Shown: positions 55,895 through 64,000 of the stretch, one piece after another | Layout: the number at the start of each line of letters is the position of its first letter | Position numbering within the stretch: position 1 is the first letter of the stretch | Source: a virus | Length of the DNA stretch: 64,000 nt | IMG/VR virus record: IMGVR_UViG_3300009506_000002 | Span: 1 to 64,000 of that record | Direction: 5' to 3' (one strand) | Program-made: the position numbers and the translations under genes | The notes under the pieces: generated by a model | Database searches by the model: none | The model's input: the letters and a program-made list of their open reading frames with translations, nothing else | Told to the model about the DNA's origin: nothing

Positions 55895-56313
55895 TATTTC
55901 TTATCCTCCGGTGATGGAGCCTCCTCAGACTTCCAGCGTATCCATGACAATCCTTTCTTCTCAGCCAACTCGAGAATATCTTTGGTCAACATACCAGTGA
56001 GAACCATCAACGCGCTTTCGGCGCGGATGTTCATTGCTGGCTCAATCCATAGAGCGATGTTGTCGACCAGAAAAGCTATGACAAGTGCCAGAGCAATGTT
56101 AATCAACCAAACAGAGAATACGAAAGTTCCCGCGAGCTTACTTTTTGCCAGCGACACAATCCCGTTGGAGATCATTGCAATCGTGAGCATGACGACAGTC
56201 TTGAACCATTCGGGAAAGACTGCGTCTAGAGTCGCCGGAATTTGATCATGAGGCATCCTGCTCAAATCTCCGTTTTTTAGTAGTTGTACATCGTCCCATA
56301 TTGCTAGAAGCAT
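55894..56313 (-). CDS. Putative holin-like membrane protein
   Basis: Three TM helices, charged C-terminus; start uncertain. Confidence 0.55.
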   Translation of the reverse strand: MLLAIWDDVQLLKNGDLSRMPHDQIPATLDAVFPEWFKTVVMLTIAMISNGIVSLAKSKLAGTFVFSVWLINIALALVIAFLVDNIALWIEPAMNIRAESALMVLTGMLTKDILELAEKKGLSWIRWKSEEAPSPEDKK

Positions 56314-56413
56314 TTCATATCACCTGGCCTTTTTATCCGGTGGGTGCTTCCTGCACTACTTGGATATTCTCAACGGCTTAGTAATATTTATAGAAAATGT
56401 GCTCTAAGTCACA

Positions 56414-56956
56414 TTAAAGTTCGTGCGGCATCAGATATGGGGTATCGATGAAGAAATCTTTGCCGCTGGTTTCACAGTCAGCGCGTGCAGAGAACATGCC
56501 TTGATAGGTCAACCACATATCGTCGATGATCAGTTGAAGAACATCGAGAGTTACGTTGTGGTGCGCATTAAACGCATCTCTCAGAGAAACCGATGTCTGG
56601 CTTGTTCTCTGAGCCCACGCAAGAAGTGATTCGAAGATAAGGATGGTCTTTACTCCACCATTGAAGATGATGTCTTGGGCTTTGATGAAGTTTGAAGCAA
56701 GACCAAAGTCTTCAGAGATCTTCTTCTTCTGTGATTCCTTCTCATTCTCATCAATCATGATGGTGTCAAGCGCGATGACCTTGTTTATTTTGTCGAAGCA
56801 AATTTGCTCAAGAGTTGATCCTGTTCTCAGAAGCAGCATGATCTCTTCGTAGGTTTGCTGAGAGATCTTTGTTGATCCTTTCTCGCGCTTCTCTGAGAGA
56901 CGGTCGATGTGAGAACCGTCTTCAGAAAAGATGATGTAGTATGTTGTATCTGCCAT
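56414..56956 (-). CDS. Putative tail fibre assembly chaperone
   Basis: Directly downstream of the fibre gene; 'F.GG...LRDA.N..H..T' pattern. Confidence 0.55.
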   Translation of the reverse strand: MADTTYYIIFSEDGSHIDRLSEKREKGSTKISQQTYEEIMLLLRTGSTLEQICFDKINKVIALDTIMIDENEKESQKKKISEDFGLASNFIKAQDIIFNGGVKTILIFESLLAWAQRTSQTSVSLRDAFNAHHNVTLDVLQLIIDDMWLTYQGMFSARADCETSGKDFFIDTPYLMPHEL

Positions 56957-56966
56957 CTAATTATCC

Positions 56967-59900
56967 TTATGAAACGCTGTAACCTACAGGGCCAGAACAA
57001 GCAACCTGCGCGTAGCAGTGGTAGTAAGAAGTCGTGTTGTATGTGTAGTTGTAGTACGGACCATATCCATATGCCTGCAACTGGAATGAGTCGCCATTTG
57101 CAACATCTCGTACAGCCCAAGCTGACCACCCTGTCGTATTCGTTACCTGTGCAACGTTAACGCCGTTGTGAAGTAGACGTGTGTACGTTGTGGATGCCTG
57201 CTGGAAAGCCTGATAGCATCGTGCCTGAACTTGACCATTAGATCCTGCGTAGTACCATGTGGCAACAGTCTGCCAAGCAATAGCAGTGTTCTTTCTGTAG
57301 TCCGGACCGTAGTAGAGCAAGTTGTATGCAGTACCAGACACTGGTCCACTGATCTTGTCAGTTGTGATAGCACCAGCGGCAATCTTATTGGTTACAACTG
57401 CGCCGTTTGCAATCTTCGCAGATGTCACGTTGAGATCAGCGATATTGGCGGCGCCTACAACACCTGCGCCGAGTTCAGCAGTACCGATAGAGCCGTCAAT
57501 GATGTGGCTTGCGCCAATTGAGTTAGCCGCGATCTGAGAACCACCGATTGCGTTTGCATCAATACGTACCCATGCCTGCCATACGCCGGCTAGCAGAACA
57601 CGTGACCATGATGCCGCGTTGTTGAAGTCAGTCATCTTCTGAATGACGTAGGTTGAAGAGTGACGAATTACAGTCACAAATCTCCACCAGTGAGCGCCGG
57701 CAAGAGCAGGAGCATTTAGCAGATCATTGCCGCGGTAGAATCCGGTGTTGACGTAGTTATTCCAGTCGCCAGTAGCGAAGATAGCCTCACCATTGACCGC
57801 ACCTTCAGTTGTCAGCAGAATCTGGTGATTTGCTGGAACATCGTGCGCCGCAAGGTCACTAACAACGGTGTCGATGTTTGACTGCAAGGTTGTGTCATTT
57901 GCCGAACGAGTATTTGCCTCTACAATGTCGCGTTCGATGTAGTCAGCATCTTCGATCTTGAAGTAGTCGAGCTGAATCGTACCGCTACCGTCACCGCCGG
58001 TTGGGTAATTAACGTGCATGAACGGACGGAAGAACTTGACGTTATCATGTACGCCTGATGGTGCTTCTGGGTCGGTTGCGTTTGGAACATAAGCACCGTA
58101 ACCCTTGAAGTATGCGACCAGTTCGACCCAAGTGTTCAGGCCATCAGTTGCCAGGTCTCTGCCGTTTGCCAAGACGTAGTATTGGTTCGCAGGAGAGTTA
58201 GCGCCTGCGGTATTGCAGTAATTGTAGTCGCGATCCCAACCTGCGAAGCCCATGTAGATGACTGCCTGACCAGCAGAGTCAAGTGCAGTCGCTCGCACGC
58301 GCGCAGTTACCTTGTAGAGCTGGTGAGGGTTGAATGGAATCTTAGTCTTGTACACATCTGCACGGTAGCCAGTGACCTCACGGACACCCCAAGCAGATGA
58401 GCCAGCAACAGTAGGTGATCTTGGGTACGATACCGCACCAGAACCACTAACATTATCCCACTTGAAGTCCATATCATCGTCAAAATTGGTAATCCAGTCA
58501 GCGCGTTCGTGGATGAAGTCTTCCTGCAGGTGGATGTTCTTGTCAAGTTGTGCAGTGTTATCAAACGCGTCCTGACGCAGAGACTTTCTGTATCCAAGCT
58601 GGATGTATTCCATGTCGTTCGGGTCGTTGGTGCGAAGCGCGAACGGCTTGGTTCCGTAGAACTTCCACATACGGTATGGCGCTTTGGTGAGTGTGCATGT
58701 CGCACCCGAAGTTCCACCAGTTACTACGTTCACAGTGTCGAATGAGCCAGAGATTGAAGTCAGTACCAGACGGTTTGGGTAAACTTCCTTGATGACTGCG
58801 GTTGCACCTGTTACAGCCTGTGTGATGGTTTCGTCATCAACGAAGGTGCCTGTTGCAGTAGATGTGTCGAAGTCAACGTAACCAACGGTAGGGAACAGTG
58901 AAGCGACAGATGGTGCGCCAGAAGCATTGTTACCGACTGCATGGTAGACTGGATTAGTTCTTGATGCCGCAGTCAGATCAATGTCAGCATACAGATTGTC
59001 TGCACAGAACACGCGGATGTCGCATGGCTCAATTGCAAGAATCTGGAAGCCAGCAATGTCGTGCTCGAACATGTATGAATCACCACACATCGTATATGGA
59101 ATACCGGTGTGACCAGAAGAACCTACTCCATCATCGTTTGCGAATGCCTGCATGACATCGTCACAGACATAGTAGCCGTTTCCGACGTGGGTTGGTGTCA
59201 AGCCAGTGAATGAAACTGCCTGTTCTGCTGCCAAGCCGCTCCATGGAATGAGGATTTCGCGTGACATTGGGTACACGCACATATTATCGGCAGCGGCACC
59301 TTCCTTTGAGATGACCATAGGGCCATTTGAGTGGAAGTAGTGATGACCAATTTCTGATGCGTTTGCAGATGGAGGTGAAACACCTGGAGTAGATGCTGGG
59401 TCGTACTGTACGAAGACGGACTTTGTCTTGCCCTTTGGTACGTGAATGACGTTTGTCTCACCGCCACCTGAAACAGCAGGGTCCCAGACATTTTCTGAGA
59501 CAGCGAAGTTGGTGTCAGTAGAGTAGATGACGTCGATGTCCTGCTCTGGTGCGTAGATGGTTACTTCGTGAGGAGCAGAACGATCTGAGTAGAACCAGAA
59601 GTGTTCAGCCGCAGCAATGAGCGCAGGCACAACGTTACCGTCGAGCTTGTCTTTCAGTGCAATTGGCTTGTTAGATGATACGATGTCACCTGCAGATAGA
59701 ACCATTTCGCCAACGCTATCATCTGGCAATCCTGACAGTACGGTCTGACCATTCACCACAATTGAGGTATCGTCTTCGAATGTACCGTAGACGACGGTCA
59801 TGTTGTAAGGGATAACACGGCGTGAAAGCGCACCCATTGATGAGAAGAGCTTAGGTTCGTCATGCTGCTTCTCAATGTCGTCAAGAACGGCGATTGTGCC

Positions 59901-61244
59901 ATGCTTGTTCGGAATCTTCAGAATACGCTCTGTGCCAGTGTCAACCGGTGATACGTCGAATGACGCCTTCTTTGAAACGTCAACGTCGTTGTAGATCTGG
60001 AAAGCGTTGTCTGAGAATGTGGTTGCACCAGATGACGCAAAGTTCTGAGCGTTCAGAACAGATTCAAGTGATACGATGTTCGCATTGCCTTGCTGTACGA
60101 TAACGCGTCCAATCAGAACGCCAAGGTAATCGAGTGGCGATGGAAGATTCTGTGGTGGGGTTGCAGTTGCAGCCTCAGCCTGAGTTGCATATTCTGCATC
60201 GCCGTAGATTGTGTACAGAGTGGTCTTGTTTGAACCAATCTTGAGGTACAGCCAGTCCGTCTTGTAGTAGGTGGCTGTCATTGCAGCAAGACCTACACCG
60301 AAGTTATTGTACTGGGTGTTGTCGAACTTGTAGCCAGCGTTTTCCTTCCAAGTACCGTCGTTGTAGTAATACTCGAACGAAGCGGTAGTGGTTTCCCACG
60401 AAGCAGACGCAGTTGATGTGCCTAGGGTTCTGTCTAGAACCATCGTGTCATTTGTGCTTGTGGTAGTCGCGAACGAAGCGACCTTAGCGTGCTGGCCGTT
60501 GGTGATGTCCCACACATCGTCACCTACTGAAATACCAAGAACAACAAGGTCTCGGCTTGCAGAGTCGATGATTTGAGTTGTAGTTGAGGCAGCAGTAGCA
60601 GTACCGCTCTGATCAAGAACGGTGCTCTGTGATGGTGTCAGGTATTCACCTACACCGTAGTAGAATTCACCGCCAGTGATAGAGAAGCGGAGCGGAGATG
60701 GCTCACCAATCTGCGCGCCAGTTGCGCGCTTGAAGCCGTCAGTATCGCGCAGTCTGTGAGTGATACGGCGCTCGAAGTCGCCTGACTCGCCAGCAATCTG
60801 CAGGATGGTCAGCTTCACACCGTTCTTCTGAACGATGGCGATCATTGCGCGGTCTCGGTCATTTACGTCACTCTTGATTGTGGTTGCCACAATCTGAGGA
60901 GTACCTGAGTTGTAGTCGGCGTAGACGAAGTTGGTTGTCTGATCAGTCAGCGCCAGTGATGCAACCGCAGCAAAGCCAACCGAGCGAATCGGTGCAGATA
61001 GTGAGTTGCTCTCACGTAGCAGTGCCTCACCAGAAGTGAGGGCGATAGTGCCGTCGCCGTTGTCAGAGACCGTACAACCAATGTGGACACCAGCCGATTC
61101 GGTGATGTTGAACGTTTCAACACGGGTGCCCAACGTTACAACGGTACCGGTGGTAGGCATGTTGAAGACATTGATCAGATCATTAGTGATCAGTCTCCAT
61201 GTCTTAAAGGTGTCTGTTCCAAGAACGGTTTGAATCTGTGCCAT
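56967..61244 (-). CDS. Large tail fibre / receptor-binding protein
   Basis: N-terminal 'DTF..WR..TN' anchor, Thr/Ser/Gly-rich modules, knob-like 'DWNNY..TGFYRG', 'I..G.I...KI' repeats. Confidence 0.85.
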   Translation of the reverse strand: MAQIQTVLGTDTFKTWRLITNDLINVFNMPTTGTVVTLGTRVETFNITESAGVHIGCTVSDNGDGTIALTSGEALLRESNSLSAPIRSVGFAAVASLALTDQTTNFVYADYNSGTPQIVATTIKSDVNDRDRAMIAIVQKNGVKLTILQIAGESGDFERRITHRLRDTDGFKRATGAQIGEPSPLRFSITGGEFYYGVGEYLTPSQSTVLDQSGTATAASTTTQIIDSASRDLVVLGISVGDDVWDITNGQHAKVASFATTTSTNDTMVLDRTLGTSTASASWETTTASFEYYYNDGTWKENAGYKFDNTQYNNFGVGLAAMTATYYKTDWLYLKIGSNKTTLYTIYGDAEYATQAEAATATPPQNLPSPLDYLGVLIGRVIVQQGNANIVSLESVLNAQNFASSGATTFSDNAFQIYNDVDVSKKASFDVSPVDTGTERILKIPNKHGTIAVLDDIEKQHDEPKLFSSMGALSRRVIPYNMTVVYGTFEDDTSIVVNGQTVLSGLPDDSVGEMVLSAGDIVSSNKPIALKDKLDGNVVPALIAAAEHFWFYSDRSAPHEVTIYAPEQDIDVIYSTDTNFAVSENVWDPAVSGGGETNVIHVPKGKTKSVFVQYDPASTPGVSPPSANASEIGHHYFHSNGPMVISKEGAAADNMCVYPMSREILIPWSGLAAEQAVSFTGLTPTHVGNGYYVCDDVMQAFANDDGVGSSGHTGIPYTMCGDSYMFEHDIAGFQILAIEPCDIRVFCADNLYADIDLTAASRTNPVYHAVGNNASGAPSVASLFPTVGYVDFDTSTATGTFVDDETITQAVTGATAVIKEVYPNRLVLTSISGSFDTVNVVTGGTSGATCTLTKAPYRMWKFYGTKPFALRTNDPNDMEYIQLGYRKSLRQDAFDNTAQLDKNIHLQEDFIHERADWITNFDDDMDFKWDNVSGSGAVSYPRSPTVAGSSAWGVREVTGYRADVYKTKIPFNPHQLYKVTARVRATALDSAGQAVIYMGFAGWDRDYNYCNTAGANSPANQYYVLANGRDLATDGLNTWVELVAYFKGYGAYVPNATDPEAPSGVHDNVKFFRPFMHVNYPTGGDGSGTIQLDYFKIEDADYIERDIVEANTRSANDTTLQSNIDTVVSDLAAHDVPANHQILLTTEGAVNGEAIFATGDWNNYVNTGFYRGNDLLNAPALAGAHWWRFVTVIRHSSTYVIQKMTDFNNAASWSRVLLAGVWQAWVRIDANAIGGSQIAANSIGASHIIDGSIGTAELGAGVVGAANIADLNVTSAKIANGAVVTNKIAAGAITTDKISGPVSGTAYNLLYYGPDYRKNTAIAWQTVATWYYAGSNGQVQARCYQAFQQASTTYTRLLHNGVNVAQVTNTTGWSAWAVRDVANGDSFQLQAYGYGPYYNYTYNTTSYYHCYAQVACSGPVGYSVS

Positions 61245-61250
61245 TTATTC

Positions 61251-61508
61251 TTAATCCTTAGCCGCTGGCTTTGTTGCCTTCTTCTGCGATGCCTTCACTT
61301 GCGCTTGGAGGTCTTCTACTGTGCGCGTCAAAATTGCGACCTGACGCTCCAGAGCAATGAGGCGATTTTCCTGAGCAGCCTGCTTCTTGACTTGCTGCTT
61401 TCGCTGCTTGGCTTGCAAATATTTATTGTGATCTGTAGAAACTAAGGCGCCCGATTTTGGATCGCGCGCCAAAGCTCTACCTTCTACTGGAATGAGGTCA
61501 GGTCTCAT
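61251..61508 (-). CDS. Small conserved protein ('L.RD..SGA....D' plus coiled coil)
   Basis: Motif typical of genes following large baseplate proteins in T4-like phages. Confidence 0.7.
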   Translation of the reverse strand: MRPDLIPVEGRALARDPKSGALVSTDHNKYLQAKQRKQQVKKQAAQENRLIALERQVAILTRTVEDLQAQVKASQKKATKPAAKD

Positions 61509-61518
61509 TTACACCCCC

Positions 61519-64000
61519 TTAGATGACTGCAATTGCTCGGAAGTTGGTGATCTTTGGAATGTCGACCACTGACAAACCACGCATTTCGACCTTGATCGCG
61601 AATGTGTTGAACTCTTCGTTCGCGTTTTCATCAGGAACGTAGGTGTACTCACCAACGCCCTGCAGGTCGATAGTTGGGGTCTTCTCCAGCTTCATTGGTC
61701 TCCAAACAATCGCATCCTCTTCAACCAGAACGTCGTTGGTGAACACGCCAGGAACCTGTGACCAGTCGGTGCCGTTCTTGGTTGGCTCTGCGGTTGTTGC
61801 AGAAGTTACGTTGCTCTTCCACAGCAGGTCCTTATGCTTGACAAGGTCGCCTACTGTACGTGCTGTACCTGACTCCCAAACAGAGTCGATGTGGTCAGCC
61901 GCTGGCAGCGCGCCAACGTACTCGGTTGTGAGCAGAACGCTGTTCGCACCGTTAGGGAAGATGGTGACATTAGAGATTGCCTTCAGGTAAACCTTACCAG
62001 TGTCATCAATCTTGGTTACGACTGCCTGCGCAGGCTCTGTTCCGCCAGTTGGTGAAACAAAGTTCTGGAACTCACCGGTACCAGCAGTCAGGTAGTAAAC
62101 AAACACTTCCTGACCTACAACGATCTGCTCCAGACCAGCGTAAGCGCTCGTTGGAACTAGCCATTCTGCAGCGCCAGCCTGTGACTCGGTGACGTACTTA
62201 GGCACGTAGGCAGTTGATGAGTAGAACACGTTGAAGAATGCGTTCTGTGGTGTGTACGCATCAAAGATGACACGCAGGTCATCTGCCGGGTTGATGATCT
62301 CAACTGGGATGGTTACGTAGGTACCCAGATCGCGGTCTTCAGCCGCTGAACCCGGCATGTTGACGTTTGCAGTAACGCCAGATGACACGTTACCAGTGAT
62401 CTGCTCGTTGTTCTGGAATGCAATGTCATTGTGCCATGCCAGAGTGAGAACAGTTCCGTCATCAGCAACAAGAACGCCGGTTGCGCCAGATGTTCCGCCA
62501 GTGATTGTCTCACCAATGATGAACACGCCGCCAGCCAAAGTATCGTAAGGAATCAGCTTACGGTCAGAGTTGTTCACCATCGTTACGCTAGAGCGCTCGA
62601 GTGAAATCACAGGTGAGATGTTGCTGTCAGTGGACGCAATGGTCATCTTCACATCTAGTGGGCTGGTGTCTGAGTCGACTGTCTTACGGACATTTGTGTT
62701 GATGTTTGTGCTGTTCTCGAAGCTGGTGTATGCCGCGTCACCGGTGAACTTGTATTCTGCGGTGATTGTGGTATCATTCAGCGCAAGCGCATCAATGCCG
62801 AAGTTGACTGTTGTTGCCTTTGCATTGACCTCAAGCGGAGTTGTGTATTCCACAGAGTTTGCAGTAGCAACCGACGCGCTGCTCTGACCTGTCAGTCCTT
62901 CGCCATTCTGGAACGCAATTGCGTTGCGAGTGCTGAAAGTCAGCGCTGTACCGCTGTCGTTGATGACCACACCGGTTGCACCTGAGGTGTCACCGACCAC
63001 GGTTTCACCTAGCTCGAATGAGTTAGATGGGCTTGTGTAATCAATGAACGAAGCCTTAGTGGTCAGGTCGTAGATACCTGGAGCAGCGGTGTCGAATACA
63101 CATTGCTTGATCTTGAACTTGATGTCTGAGTTCTGGTCAGCAGTCCAAGTAGATGCATTCTGTGAGGTGAACATTACACCTGCGTATGGCTGCTCGGCAA
63201 TACCCTTACCGTCAATCAGGTCAACTGCACCCATCTCTGCGCGGAACACTTTGTAGTTGGTGCTGTTCGTCATGACGACAAACGCATACTCGGTGCCTTC
63301 CTGTAGGTAAACAGGGTCAGAGAAGTCGAACACAGTTGCAGCCGAACCGTTGGTTGAAACGTTTACGTCGACTGGATTTACTGTTACTTTAGAGAATGGC
63401 AAGATTCTCTGAGTTGGGTATCCGTTCTCCATCTCAACGAGGTGGACTGAAACTGGCAGGCTTGCATCCTTTGTCTCAAAGTAGAGAGTGATGCTTGACA
63501 GGAACACGCCGTTCTTGCTTGGTGTGCTGACAAGGAATGACTGCGCAAGTGGGTCAGACCATGTGGTACGTACCCATGGAGTTGTTACAGTCTGGCTCTC
63601 AGAGACAGGTGTACGAGTGACCTTTGAACCGTAGATTGTGGTGATGGTAGCCTGATGTGTCTCAGTAATACCCTCAGCGGTGTAGGTCGCAGTTGCGCGT
63701 GAGATGTCCTCACCCAGCTCGTTGTCGTACAGCAAGAATTCCTTCGCGCCTACTGTGAATGTACCACCCGGGAGGTCGAAGTAGCCGACACATGAACCGA
63801 TGCTGTCTGTGGTCAAGTTGGTGCAGTATCCTGATACGTTCACACCGTCGAACTTAGCTGCCAAGCCGATACCTGGACGCATGTTGACCGCAGAGTACCA
63901 GATTCTACGCGCGCGCATGAATGGAATGACTTCGCGTGAAACGATCTTGTCTGAACGCTCGGTACGAACTGTAGGAATAACGTCAGTACGAACACCAGAA
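61519..64000 (-). CDS. Large baseplate/virion structural protein (VrlC-like), 5'-truncated by the window edge
   Basis: 'DPLAQSF', 'F.F.DPVYL....EYA.V', 'F.SQNASTWTA.Q..D.KF', 'F..FAIK', 'FRAIA'. Confidence 0.88.
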   Translation of the reverse strand, partial: SGVRTDVIPTVRTERSDKIVSREVIPFMRARRIWYSAVNMRPGIGLAAKFDGVNVSGYCTNLTTDSIGSCVGYFDLPGGTFTVGAKEFLLYDNELGEDISRATATYTAEGITETHQATITTIYGSKVTRTPVSESQTVTTPWVRTTWSDPLAQSFLVSTPSKNGVFLSSITLYFETKDASLPVSVHLVEMENGYPTQRILPFSKVTVNPVDVNVSTNGSAATVFDFSDPVYLQEGTEYAFVVMTNSTNYKVFRAEMGAVDLIDGKGIAEQPYAGVMFTSQNASTWTADQNSDIKFKIKQCVFDTAAPGIYDLTTKASFIDYTSPSNSFELGETVVGDTSGATGVVINDSGTALTFSTRNAIAFQNGEGLTGQSSASVATANSVEYTTPLEVNAKATTVNFGIDALALNDTTITAEYKFTGDAAYTSFENSTNINTNVRKTVDSDTSPLDVKMTIASTDSNISPVISLERSSVTMVNNSDRKLIPYDTLAGGVFIIGETITGGTSGATGVLVADDGTVLTLAWHNDIAFQNNEQITGNVSSGVTANVNMPGSAAEDRDLGTYVTIPVEIINPADDLRVIFDAYTPQNAFFNVFYSSTAYVPKYVTESQAGAAEWLVPTSAYAGLEQIVVGQEVFVYYLTAGTGEFQNFVSPTGGTEPAQAVVTKIDDTGKVYLKAISNVTIFPNGANSVLLTTEYVGALPAADHIDSVWESGTARTVGDLVKHKDLLWKSNVTSATTAEPTKNGTDWSQVPGVFTNDVLVEEDAIVWRPMKLEKTPTIDLQGVGEYTYVPDENANEEFNTFAIKVEMRGLSVVDIPKITNFRAIAVI

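Overview
A 64 kb segment of a T4-like myovirus genome with almost all genes on the minus strand. The host is probably gammaproteobacterial, inferred from sigma70-type promoters, an SspB-like protein, the tmRNA tag and a pilin leader. From left to right it contains: (1) a tRNA/tmRNA cluster; (2) an accessory region with a prephenate dehydrogenase-like gene, an SspB-like adaptor and an NAD+ salvage pair (Nampt plus NadM-Nudix); (3) gp43 DNA polymerase; (4) a roughly 10 kb 7-deazaguanine DNA-modification locus (queD, HNH-queE, folE, a DpdL-like T-fold protein and a DpdA/TGT-like transglycosylase) interleaved with two glycosyltransferases and two sugar-type oxidoreductases; (5) the replication/recombination core (dut, regA, 62, 44, 45, AAA+/vWA pair, 46, 47, 55, uvsW, uvsY); (6) the head-tail module (3, 23, 22, 21, 68/67-like, 20, 19, 18, 17, 16, 15, 14, 13); (7) a lysis cassette; (8) tail fibre and baseplate genes. 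The best candidate for an undescribed system is a replisome-tethered, sugar-decorated 7-deazaguanine DNA hypermodification pathway, because the transglycosylase and one glycosyltransferase end in the same sliding-clamp-binding peptide as the polymerase. Other notable items are a phage tmRNA plus SspB module, a highly structured antisense non-coding transcript of about 500 nt between gp55 and uvsW, tRNAs with C33, and a mini-pilin inserted in the clamp-loader operon. All calls come from motif recognition by eye; no database searches were run.
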